A program made the translations under genes and the position numbers. Below, piece by piece: positions 21,786 through 33,263 of a DNA stretch of 44,697 bases (the stretch's first letter is position 1; each line of letters opens with the position of its first letter). A model generated the notes under the pieces. It was not told the origin of the DNA, did not search any database, and saw only the letters and a list, made by a program, of their open reading frames with translations. This DNA is from Cladosporium halotolerans (lineage: Eukaryota), in NCBI RefSeq assembly GCF_011745625.1, contig NW_027191518.1, positions 1-44,697 of the forward strand, written 5' to 3'.

Positions 21786-24700
21786 GGGAAAACTTTCTTT
21801 TCGGCTTTGTCACAGACAAGGTCATTATTTATACCAATCCAGAGCACAGACTAAGCGCATTGCGTATATAATAACGTGATTTCCAACGCCTCGGCTGGCG
21901 GGAATGTTATCCCCCAGTAGAGGCGGCGGAGGGACCCCTTTGAACGACATTTCAGGGTCCGAAGCGTGCCGGGGAGCCTCCGGGCGGGTCAGAAGCCTCG
22001 CAGATTTCGGATTCTGCGAAACGGACTTCAGAGAACTGACCATGAACATTGAAATCTCTGAACTCGACTGTGTGATGGTGGAGGATGAAGAGGGCGTTGG
22101 GGGAAACCGGAGCGCGAAGTCTGGGGAAGCTGACGACCTCGCCGACGCTGCTGCGGGGTTGCCTACACCGGAGACGAGGCAGGGGACGGTGGCGGAAGAG
22201 GTACCAGGTAGTGACGAGGGCTGAGGGTAAGCCGAAGCAAGCAGCTAAGGCTGCTGTGACGGCGCTCAAGCCTGGTGTCGTCCAACCGAGCCAACAGGCC
22301 GAGGCGTCGAAGAAACGTAGGGCAGAGGACCCTTTGACGAGGTCCAGCGATGGAAGCTCCCTGGCGGACCAGATTGAAGGTGTCAAATCCCTGGTCCTCC
22401 GTTTACTCGAACAAGGGAAGAACGAGATCTGGAGGAGGAAGAGAGACTGGAGATCTGCGATCTGAGGAAGGAAGTCAAAGACCTCAAAAAAGAAGTGAGG
22501 GAGCTCAAGAAGCTGCTTCAGGCGAACAACGTCCAAGCACAAGGTCCCACTTATGCGGCGGTCGCTAGGGCGAACATGCCGATGTTAACGGTCAGGACCA
22601 CGTTTCCGCGCGATAAAACGGGTGACGTGCAACCGCAACAGAGGCTGCGTGTTGAGGATGATAAATGCTCCATCACGGTCAACACCTCCAGGGTCAAAGA
22701 CGAGAAGCCGGACTTTGTGGCAGTAAAGGCCAAGCTCTAACAGGCAATCGATGGTAGCGGCGCTGTGGGAAACGCAAAGATCACTTGCCTTCGCCAGCTT
22801 CCAGGCGAAAGAATAAACGTGGTCTTCGCTTCTGCGGCAGATGCTAAACGGGCTCGGAACCACATTGGGTGGCTTGGGACTGCGATGGCCAACGCGAGAG
22901 TGCTCAGCGAGCCATGGTACCATATCAAGTGTGACATGGTTGCTAAGAGGGCCATGTTGGACGACCAAGCACCAGATGCGAGTTTGCCATAAACAATGCC
23001 AAGGAGGGGTTGGATTTCACGGCAATGAAGGCTAGCTGGCTCAGTAAGCTAGACCCGCGTAAAGCGAATGGATCTATGGTACTCTGGCTGAAGAGCAAGG
23101 CGGCCGCCGACTGGCTCTTGCAGACGGGCCAGGCTTCGTTTGGGGGAGGTGCTTATGGTGCCTGCTGTTCGAAATATCTCCAGGACAACTCGTCTAAGGT
23201 CTGCTACAATTGTAATGCTTATGGACACACGCAGACCAACTGCGGACGCGCCACTCGTTGTGGCAACTGTTCCGGTAGCCACCAAACACGAGACTGCACT
23301 GGTACTGCTTCGCTGAAGTGTCCTGCGTGTACGGGAGCTCACACAATCAAAGATTGGTGCTGTAAACACCATCCGGCCCACAGGAAATATCTCGCTCAGC
23401 TATCGAAATAACCAGAGGCCTCACAGTCGATGAAGTCTGCTGCAGGAGTGCCATGCGACAAAGATGCGGAAATGGACCGTCCCCAGCGGTGCAAATGATC
23501 AACGAACTCAAAATACTGCAGTACAACATCGGCAGGCGCAAGCAAGTTCAGTGGAGCACGTTCAATGATCCAAATTTGCAGAGTTTCGCGGTTTTGGCTA
23601 TCCTAGAGCCACACCTCTGGGAAGACCCCGGGATAGGAGAAGCGAGGACGCACCAGCATGATCGGTAGTACGCAATGACGCCATCGAAACACAGAACAGG
23701 AGTTCGTACATGGCATTCGTTTCGAGCTATGCTGTATTTCAGCATCAGCACGCATGCCAGACAGATTCCGGTTGACAGCTTCGACATTGTCGCAGCGACT
23801 ATAAGGCTCAGAGAAAAGACTATCCTAATCATCGCGATCTATGACCCAGGAGTGGAGCGAGACGCGACTGATCGGGATGCGGCTCTTCAGGTGAAGCGGA
23901 TCAAGTCCGGGATCTGGTAGACACAACCAAAGGCGAAATAGGTGACAGCCTACACATCATCCTGTTGAAGGGTCTCAACCGTCATGATATCCTATGGGGC
24001 GGCATTGCAGTGGCAGCTCACTGTAAACGTGACGAAGGCATTCGGATAGTGAATTTTGCACAGGAATACGGTCTACAGTCGCTCCTCACACCGGGTACTA
24101 TAACGTGGGAACACCCAGCCAGCATCGCTCGTTCCACAGTCGATGTGATCATGGCATCAGAAGGCATGGTAGAGTCTCAGACGTGCTGTAAGGTGTATGA
24201 CACAGACCATGGCTCAGACCACAGGCCGATAGAGATGAGATTCGACCTTCCGGTGGATCAACCCAAGGACCGCAGACGGAGACTACAGTTCCAGAAGGCT
24301 GATGGAAGGTCATTGGGCGCGCAGTTGAGGCACGCTTACCACTCTCAGATATCCCGAGTGAAGTCACGCAAGATGAACTCGAGGAGTATGCGACGCATTC
24401 CATGCGAGTGGTCACGGAAGATATGCATGCAAGAGTTCTCAGGTCCAGACCTTCGCCCTACGTGAAAAGATGGTGGACACCAGAATTGACACAAACTACG
24501 GAGCAATATGACTGCTGCCAGAAACGCCATCACAGCTTTACGGCGCAGGGGTGAATCACCTGATGAAGCTCAACAACAGTTTTGGCTGGCGAAACGTCGC
24601 TTCTGTCGCGAGATGGAGGCTCAGAAAAAGAACCACTGGCATGCCTTCCTTGACGACCAGAACAATATCTGGAAGGCAAACTCGATCTCGAAGTTGATGT

Positions 24701-26177
24701 CCCACAGTACCAGGATCCCGGTACTCCACACTGAGAACCGCGTGGCCGAATCCGACGAGTCAAAGGCCGATGTGTTGATGGAAAGCTTCTTCCCCACTCC
24801 GCCACCACCAGAAGAAGCCTCAACAGTTCCTCAAACCGACGGAGGGGGCGAAAGTCTTTTGGATATGCTGCCGGCAGTGACGTACCAAGAGGTCGAAAGA
24901 GCGGTGATGCATCCGAATCCCAACAAAGCTCCTGGCCCGGATGAGATCCCGTTTGCCGCGTGGAGGCAATTACTACCCTTCGTCAAGGAATCGATCAGGT
25001 GGCTGTATCAAGCATCGTTGTCGCTAGGCCACGTCCCTCGGCTTTGGCGCGAGGCGAGCATAGTGGTGTTGCGTAAACCTGGAAAGAAGGACTATGGCGT
25101 TACCAGGGCATACAGACCCATCTCCTTACTATCTGCAATAAGTAAGGGGCTTGAGTCTAGCTCCAGGCTACGCTACACGCTGCAGCCGTGGAAGACGCTT
25201 CCTCAAATAGCGATTCCGCGTTCGGCTGAGGAAGCCATCAAGCGTTACAAACTTGCCATTCAGACTCAGGAAAGGCTGGTGTTCTACCCCGATGCTTCGG
25301 TACGGAATAACGTCGCTAGTGTAGCAGTGACAGTTCTGGGTTTTGAGAAGCTAGGTCGCATACCAAAACTGATATACCAGGCCACCGTAGGGTGGGAGCA
25401 CACGTGCTCCGCCACTGCCGCCGAAGTCAAGGGAATTGAGCTTGCCGTGCTTCACGCCAGAAGTGCGGGAAGACACTTCTCCACAGTAACGGACAGCCAA
25501 GAGTCGATCACGCTGGTCAACAAGAGGGGCCGCTCAGCCAAGGCAAGAGACACGGCCGGTGCGGTACTGAGAGCAATTGGTTCGTGTCTAGAGGAAGCAT
25601 TGGACTTTGACATACTCTGGGTACCCGCCCACAAAGGTATAGCTGGCAATGAAGCAGCAGATCGTGCAGCTAGACAACTGACGGAAGTGCATGGACGGCC
25701 GACAAGAGTCCCGGCATTTCGAGTGAGTGAACGACCAAAGGTCATGAGAACTGTGGAGGAGACAGTCAGGCGAGAGAGCACGGTCTCACCGTCGCACTGG
25801 GGAAGGCACACCTACAGTCTCAACGCTGCTCTGCCTGGTAAACACGTCTTGAAGTTGTATGGCATGCTTTCACGGGAAGAGGCCAGCATCCTGCGCAGGC
25901 CCGAACCGGGCATGCGCGTCTGAACTCGTACCTTCCAAGGATAAGTCGTGGAGGACGGCAAGAGCAGCTGCTGTGATGGCGGTGAGACGGTCAGCCACGC
26001 CCTATTGTGGTGTAAGCGATGGAGCCACCTACGTGAAAGGCTCATAGAAAAAGCTGGTCAGAGATGGGGAGACATTTCGTACCTCCTAGGAGGACGAAGC
26101 TCGAAAAGAGTTCCAATTAACGGCCGACTGATTGATGTTCCGGGAAAATGGAAACTAGATTGCAAGATGGTGTGGGA
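21786..26177 (+). mobile_element. LINE copy D with RNase H (Tad1/I-like), degenerate, RT core deleted
   Basis: ORF1 21904-23411 with CYNCNAYGHTQTNC, CGNCSGSH, CPACTGAH. APE ILQYNI..LNRH..VDV..GSDH. RT start KAPGPD..YRPISLL joined to RNase H FYPDAS..E..DS..WVPAHKGIAGNEAAD. C-terminal CCDG.ETVSHALLWC. Confidence 0.9.
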
Positions 26178-26289
26178 AACGCCGCTTCACATGCCGTCTG
26201 GTACCTAGCACACTCCATTATCTTCGCGTTTCGGCAGAATAATGGAGTAGGGTAACAATCTCCGACGTACAATGTACCTATCACCACAA

Positions 26290-29200
26290 TCACTTGTTCC
26301 CAACCGTGCTGATGATCTGCTGTATCTTTTCCACGATCTTCTCAATTCTATACGGCTTGCTGATCACGTCATCCTGATGATCATTAGCTACAGTCGATCT
26401 CTTGTGGCAGTGAAATCGCTCTTACCATTCCTGCCGACTTCCTGTCAAAAACACAAGATAGAAAGGTCAGTGTCTGCTGGTCTGAAATCTCAAAAACAAA
26501 GCGAGCACTTACATCTCTGCTTGTTGCTCGCTTCTGACGTTAGCAGTGACCCCGAGGATAGGAATATGCTCTATCTGTCCCTGCCTTTCCAGCTCGCGTA
26601 TAGTTTTCGTAGCGGTATTCCCATCCATTATTGGCATTTCCATATCCATAAGGCAGATGTCAAAAGCATGTTTGTCACTGGAGAGCTTCGAAGCATTCAT
26701 CACAGTCGTGACAGCCTCTTTGCCATTGTTCGCCACCGTTACGTCGTAGCCTTTGTTCTCTAGCTTCCGACACACCAGTTTTTGGTTGATCACATTATCC
26801 TCAACGAGGAGAACATGAGCCCGCACCCTTGGCTTGGCTGGTAGAGTCTTCAGCGTCGTCCCCTGATAGGAGGAGCCTTCACCGTTTTCTGCTGAGGACA
26901 ATGACGCCATATCGACTCTCAGGTCCTGGCTACTCTTCCGTTCGTTCTGGGATGCGATAGAACCTTTCGTATCCTGGTTCATGCTCTCTTCTCGAACCTT
27001 TGAAGCGATCTGAGCGGTGCGCTTATACCTGTCATCTTCCTGATGATTGGTATTACGAATCATGTCCTCCGTTTTCGCTACTGGTGGATTGTCCAAGCTC
27101 CCCGGGAAGATGCTGTTGTCTATGTTTTTCGGCGCGAAATTGCCAAGCTCATTGATCTGGCCTCTTAAAGGGGCGTTGTCCAGTTCCTGCTCCTCTACCC
27201 GGCTTTCATAGCTCTGTGGCTGCCCGGTACGCTTCACTTTGAAGAAGAAGCCAAATGTACTGCCACAGCCAGCTTTAGAGCTGACACCGACCTCGCCGCC
27301 ATGGACATGACATAGCTTCCGACTGATGTTAAGGCCCAAGCCCGAGCCCCCATAAATCTCGACAGTCTTCGGCGTAGCCTGCCTACGTATGTGCTTAGGA
27401 CAAAATATACGTATCAGCACCAGGCTTCATATCCGACTTACTGCATCGTTTAGGTCAGTCCCAAGCAACACACAGGAATTAAGGAGCACCTCGCAAAACC
27501 TACCCTAAATCGCTCGAACAGCCGCTGCTGGCCTTCATCACTGATTCCGATGCCCGTGTCTTTCACTGCAACCATAATGTAAGCCGCCGCACCAGTGCCC
27601 CAGTCTCGCGTGTTGGTAGCATCCACGCGATAAGCATGATCTTCAGGACTAAAAAATACGACGTTGGGCGGGTAGCTTGTTGGACGTTGCACACTGGCAC
27701 CCACCGAAACTACCACCTTCTTCTGACCTTGGGCTCTCGCGGTGAACTTAATCGCGTTCGAGACCAGGTTTATTAATACCTGCGAAATACGGACCATATC
27801 TGCCTTGAGGGGAAGGGTAAAAATTAGCAAATTCTCGAGGCAAGGTATGATAGCAGGCATCAATAGCCATTCTCCCGTTTTGGAACTGCTGCGCATTCAG
27901 TTGGCAATAAGCAGGCCACTGTTGTGGCCCACTCATGTCTGCCAATCTATACCTCATATGTCTCGGCTCGGAAAAGACAACGAAGGAACACAGGAAATAT
28001 AAAAAGTGAAAAAGGATGTGGAGACGAGCAGGCTTACCAGGACCCAAGATACATCCAAATCGAGGTAGGATTGATCTATTCTGTAGCCAAACTCGACTTC
28101 TTGCCGACGAAACTCAGGTTGAAAGAGTTTGAGAGAGTTTGCGATTTGACGATCCGGCAAGCAGGCCTTCGGGCTCAAAGACAGCATTGAAGCGTCCAGT
28201 TTTGAGAATGACAGCACGTCATCAACAATATTTCGCTGGTGCTTTGCAATTAAATAGCACATCAGCCTCGATATCAGGTCCACGCGGTACCTGCCGACCT
28301 TACCTGGATGCAGACGTTGATAGTCTCGACAGACTCTTTGATGCTGGCAATGTCGACATTGCTCAGATCACTGATGGCATCCTCGATATCTTCGGAGCAG
28401 TGCAGCAGAGCCGATAATGGATTGCGGATTTCGTGTGATATCATATCAATGAACCTCTCCTGCTGCTCTTTGCGTTCACGAGCGTCTTTGGCGGCCTTTC
28501 GCTCCGCAAGCTCCGCACTCTTCTCGGAAGTAATGTCGACAACGCTACAGATGAAGCCTCCATATTCGCGCAAGCTCACATGCTGAAGATTGTCATCGCC
28601 AAGTGGTGTTAGGAAAAGCAATCGCCATGGATGTTGATCACCGAGCGCCCTGAACTCTGTCCGAAGCTGTTTTTGCGAGAAAAAGGCATCATGGTATATA
28701 TCCATGACTCGATTGTAGTCATCAGGATGGATACTCTGTGGCCACGATTTGAACTCCTGGTTCTCGCCGCGATGGGTAGTCAACTGGTAAAATTGCTGGT
28801 TGACAAAGACTGCTTGCGCTTTATGATCGAGAATTGCCAGGCCCGTCGGTAGCATTTCAGCAAAACGGTGAAAGAATGGATGCTCGTCGAATGAGACACC
28901 GTTGAGTGCCCGTCCCAGCTGGCTCATGTCACATTCGGTCTCTGGGTTCTTCTCTGGCATTTTCATTTCCCAAAGATCTGGTCGTGAAGGATGCTTTTCG
29001 TTTCCGCCCCGGCCATAGAGGTCGGGCTCTGGTATCATCTGTACGAGTGAGCCATCCGCACCGTGCTCTCTCGGATCTGTGTCGTCGAACAGGGGGCTGA
29101 TGAGTGTTGTATAGCGGCCTACTTCATAGCCGGAGTGATCCCGAAGAAAAGCGCGACTGTTGACCCTTTTGGGAACGCCGCCATGTAAAGAGGCAGACAA

Positions 29201-29575
29201 TGCGTTAAAGCCGTCCGCGGACAGCTTGCCACGTTGCTCTTGACCTTGGTCGTGAATTCCACTGGCCTTTCTCCATTCGCGATTCTGCAGAAGAATCATC
29301 TCCTCACCCCAAAAGACGCAGGCAGGATAAGCAAAAGACGCAACGGCTTTGGTATAGGCCTTTAGCGCCTCCGGCCACGTCCCCGGCTTCTCAAAGGGGG
29401 AATGCTCCCACGCCCGCTCATTCCCGGGTAGCAAACCCTTCAATTCACTTTCAGCACGCTCATGCAGTGATTGCTCAGCTTTAGGGTTCATGATTGGTGG
29501 TCGTTGATGACTTCTTCTTGCTTGATTGGTTTGCACTGACCTTGCGCCCGTCCGTCGAAATACTCGAGGACTCAC
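26290..29575 (-). CDS. Hybrid sensor histidine kinase (PAS-HisKA-HATPase_c-REC), multi-exon; start uncertain (in-frame ATG at 29491 or an upstream exon)
   Basis: PAS IHPDD; H-box MISHEIRNPLS; N-box NLVSNAIKFT; G1 DTGIGI; YGGSGLGLNIS; receiver VLLVEDN..DICLMDMEMPIMDG..TAN..DDVISKPY. Five GT-AG introns. Confidence 0.9.
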
Positions 29576-29769
29576 ATGACGGGGTTAGCTGACATTTTGA
29601 CAAAGTGGTGTTGGGAAAGCAATCCGCCGGATTGATGCTATGAATCGTCATCTTCCCGGCCCGGGCCGTATCACATGACCCGGGCATTCTCTATCCGACA
29701 ACAAAGTGACCCTGGCGAACATATTCCAACCACTGTCGAGAAATGAAGAAGCTTCTGAGGACAAGGCTC

Positions 29770-29850
29770 GGCCGGCGACGAGGCCCACGTGTACGTGGTG
29801 CTGACTACGAACCTGTCACTGCTCAGCAGCTGGGGGAGCCAAGAGGCCTC
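29770..29850 (+). ncRNA. HDV-like ribozyme (class I, copy 2; partly decayed)
   Basis: P1 GGCCGGC/GCUGACU; P2 GAGGCC-C/G-A-GGCCUC; P3 ACG/GGU; L3 UGUACGU; P1.1 GU/AC; J4/2 GCCAA. Confidence 0.8.
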
Positions 29851-30340
29851 AAGAGAAAAGCAGGAAGACAAGGCGAGCACAAAAGAGCAAGGAAAGCGCA
29901 AACATACCACCACCAGAACCATCCGCTTGGAATCTGCAACAGACTCTGTAGGCCATTACGTCTTCCTCCGCGTCGAACGAATTGTAGAGCCACTGTTGCA
30001 GTCACGGCGGATACAGATTGCATAATTCCACGAGCAAGCCACGAACACGATGCGCAGATCCAAGTCGACGATAACGGCCGCAGCCTGGTCTCGATATAGC
30101 AACCCGGACACGATTACCGAGCCCAGGCAACCCAAAATACCACAGTCAACGTCCAGAATAAAGTCCTCGATGGATCAACCGCCCGCCCATCACACGTACC
30201 CGACAACGTCTGCGACGTCCCGCCTCAACAAGACCTCAAACAGAACGGCATCATCTCCTGCACGAATTGGACACCAGACACACAACACTAGAGTCACCAG
30301 ACAGCCTCGTCCACTGTCGGCTCCCTCCAAGCCCCACAGG
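29770..30340 (+). mobile_element. 5' fragment of family X, copy 2
   Basis: Homologous to 21170-21746 (minus), including an aligned ATG-GAY start and QRLRRP codons with a synonymous change. Confidence 0.6.
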
Positions 30341-30692
30341 GCGTTCGTGCTGGATGTCTTGTCCGGTGTGACTCTTTTCATCTCATGAGCCTATGTATTG
30401 GTCTTCCTGCGAGAGCCGGTGGGCTCGTCGCGTTCTTGTGCATTTCCTGCGCCTTCTTCCGACTCTTGCTCATTTGGGATGTCGAGTCGACCTTGTCGAT
30501 GCTGGTGGCGGGGGTTCGTGTTGCCTGCAGGCGCGGTGCGCGCGCAGGCCTTGTCGTGTCGTGCAGAGTTTCCTGGCGGCTGGACGGCGAAGTGGGCGGC
30601 CATGTCGACCATGTCGGGCGTTCTCGATGGGTTGGGGTCATCGAGTGATGACTGGGTTGCGAGACTGCCACGTGGACTCATCGCTCTTCTGT

Positions 30693-30765
30693 AGCGCACT
30701 TCATTTCACTGCAAAGCAGCTACTCACACCAGACACCACGTGAAGGTGTGCGCTCTGCCTCCGGC
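30693..30765 (-). ncRNA. HDV-like ribozyme (class II, E-loop P4) with the catalytic C replaced by U
   Basis: P1 GCCGGA/UCUGGU; P2 AGCGCAC/GUGCGCU; P3 ACC/GGU; L3 UUCACGU; P4 AGUA-G-CUGC UUU GCAG-U-GAA; J4/2 A-U-GAA. Confidence 0.8.
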
Positions 30766-31270
30766 GCTGTTGGTGTTACAGCCCTGGTGTGCAAAGTGGT
30801 TCTCTCCAATTGGGTTGCCGCGGCGAATTGAGCACTTTTGGAAATGGCCTTATGAAAATATCACTACGTGAGAAAGTATCTTTGCACAGATGGCAGGAGT
30901 ACGGTCGGTCGCCAGTGTCTGCTCTTAGCCATCATACTACATGGGAAAATTCCCTCCCAAAGTCATCCACTGGCTCACGTTTCAACAGATGGCGCTTCAT
31001 ATGCTTCGCGTGGAGGTATGCCTTGTTGCATTGCGAACAAGGGTACTTCCCGTCGGCATGCTTTCAAAGAATCACGTTTTCGCTGATTTGTCCATAGCCA
31101 GAGACAGGCGTGTTAGGTCGGCCTGGCACGCTTGGAAGAAGACTACGACGGTCATGCGAACCGACCACGCGTGTAGGTGCCTCCTTGTTCTGCATGAAAG
31201 GTGACCGGTGGACCTTTCGAGGGTTGTCAGGCTGAACAAGCTGCCCATAGATCCGCCAACTCCGCAAGAG
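30766..31270 (-). pseudogene. Fragment of a C2H2 zinc-finger transcription factor gene (RfeC-like), frameshifted, intron retained
   Basis: RVVGSHDRRSLLPSVPGRP..DGKYPCSQCNKAYLHAKHMKRHLLK, an intron, then HTGDRPYSCHLCKDTFSRSDI, a frameshift, and HFQKCSIRRGNP. Confidence 0.8.
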
Positions 31271-31286
31271 GCATTGAGCGGATTGT

Positions 31287-32720
31287 CAGAGATGTCAATA
31301 TGTGAATCGTTATTCAGTAATTCGATTCAGTAATTCAGTTCAGTCACTACTGTATCATTCCTTCTTGGATCATGCCATAGATTCAGTTTAGATTCAGTAG
31401 ATTCAGTAAACTCGACCCACCCCAGGCGTATATTGGAGCACAACACAGCATGGCTCAGAACGTAGAGCTAGATGCGACTCCGCATTGCGGGCCTTGCGGG
31501 CAAGCCTTCAAATTCGGTAGTGCTCACACACCATCGCCGTGGTCCAAGGCACTACCCCACGGTTTCGCTGGCATGAGCCCTGATACAGACCGCGAAACCT
31601 CTAGCGAGGCTTCCCATACGGAATTTGATCTTCTTGATGTGCACTCCAACCACAACGGGATACCTCTTTCTAGCGAGTCCGGCTCTCAGCCTGATGATGA
31701 CCTGATACATCCAGCTAAGAGACCGAGGAAAGGGCGGGCTCCGCGAGCGGTCGCCCTGTGGTCGCACGCACGCAGCCCTCTGCCGCATGAGCCGTCGCGT
31801 GCACCTTCGGGTCATCGATGGTTTTACTGCAGTCGTTGCGATTGGGAAAGCATCACATCCAACGCGCGGAGGCATGTGGCGAGTTATGGCATACACATCG
31901 GACAAGACGATTCTCTTCAGAAGCAGGCTGCAGCCAGATCCATCAAGGCGTCCTTCAGTGCCCAAGAGCTTGCGGCGCAGGCGAGGAGCGACGAGAAGAC
32001 GAGGAACACTCTCCGCAACGCTTGCAACAAGGGCAGTTTCCGCAATGCGGTCGCACGCTTTGTCACCAGCCAGAGCCTAGCTCACAATGTTGTCGAGTCA
32101 AGGGAGTTTCATGCTATGTGCTTAACCCTCAATTGTGAGGCTGGACACGCTCTGGTTCGGTCCCACTCGTCTATACCTCGTCGCATCGCATCTAATTTCA
32201 AATACCAACGCTCCTTGGTAAAGGACGCTTTGCATGAAGCTCAAAGCGCGATTCAGCTCTGCACAGACAGCTGGACGTCCGGCCTCACCAATCAGCGTGA
32301 GTTTCAGGCAATCAACGCACAGTGGGGAGACGCGAATGGCCAGATACAACGCGCGCTGTTAGCCTTGCCAGAGCTTACGCAAGGTCACGCTGGAGAGGAC
32401 GTAGCACCTCATATCATTGACGTGTTACAAAGGGTCAACATCAAGCACAAACTTGGTTTCATCACTGCCGACAATGCTACAGCCAATGACACACTTTGCC
32501 GGGCAATAGAGCAGCATCTGGCCTCGGATGGAATTACTTGGGATGCGGCAACCCAGAGGTTGCGATGCCTCGGTCACACCCTCAACATAGCTACGCAAGC
32601 TCTCATGTTTGCGAAATATAGCGAAGCTGTTGATGTAGCCGCACAACGTACGGCCAACACTCGGTCTGTAGAAGAGTCCATTGCTTCACTATCGCAGACC
32701 CAGAAGGAAGGCTGGCGACG
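31287..32720 (+). mobile_element. hAT (Restless-like) transposon 1, left end plus 5' half of the transposase
   Basis: CAGAGATG start followed by ATTCAG subterminal repeats. BED finger FYCSRC..RRH; LCTDSWTS; TADNATAND; LRCLGHTLN. Truncated after EGWRR. Confidence 0.85.
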
Positions 32721-32759
32721 CGCGCCCATGGTGGCCGCAAGTAAGTCTCAACAAGCAAA

Positions 32760-33263
32760 AAGGGACTTCTTTTCGCTTTTGTCACAGACAGGGTCATCTT
32801 TCATATCAATCGGAAGCACAGCTCAAACACAGTGCGGCCACACCAACGTGATCTCCAACGCCTCGCTGGCGGGAATGTCATCCCCCAGTAAAGGCGGCGG
32901 AGGTACGCCCTCGAGCGACTTTTCACGGTCTGAAGCGCCCGGGGAGAGCTTCCAGCCAATCGGGAGCCTCGCTAATCGAAAGCTGTTCACGCCGGGTTTC
33001 AGACGTGAACCCCCAGAGAGCCAGGAATACCAGCACGTCGCCAGAACGTGCCCGGCAAGCCCGAAAAAGCGGAAAGCAGAGTCAAACATCGCTGTGAGCA
33101 TTGAAGAGGATGCACTATGGCAGGCGATCGAGAAAGCCGTGGCGAGGGCGTTGCAGGCCTTGGTAGGGCCCGACCTCGCCTCTGGCTCATTAGGGAATGT
33201 AAGATCTCTGCGAAGCGGGATCAAAGATATCAAAAACAGTATTGACAAGACGCAAATGTAAGT
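32760..33263 (+). mobile_element. 5' end and ORF1 start of a LINE related to copy D, in frame with the hAT1 ORF
   Basis: 32765-32945 is similar to 21792-21975 (TTTGTCACAGACA.GGTCAT; MSSPSKGGGGTP versus MLSPSRGGGGTP). Confidence 0.8.

Noticed and set aside
26212..26248. ACTCCATTAT/ATAATGGAGT inverted repeat downstream of the kinase gene
   Set aside because: Single 10-bp stem with no second copy or other support.
32855..32875. CCUCGCUGGCG, identical to part of the genomic HDV ribozyme
   Set aside because: No P1, P1.1, P2 or J4/2 can be built around it; it belongs to the ORF1-start hairpin.
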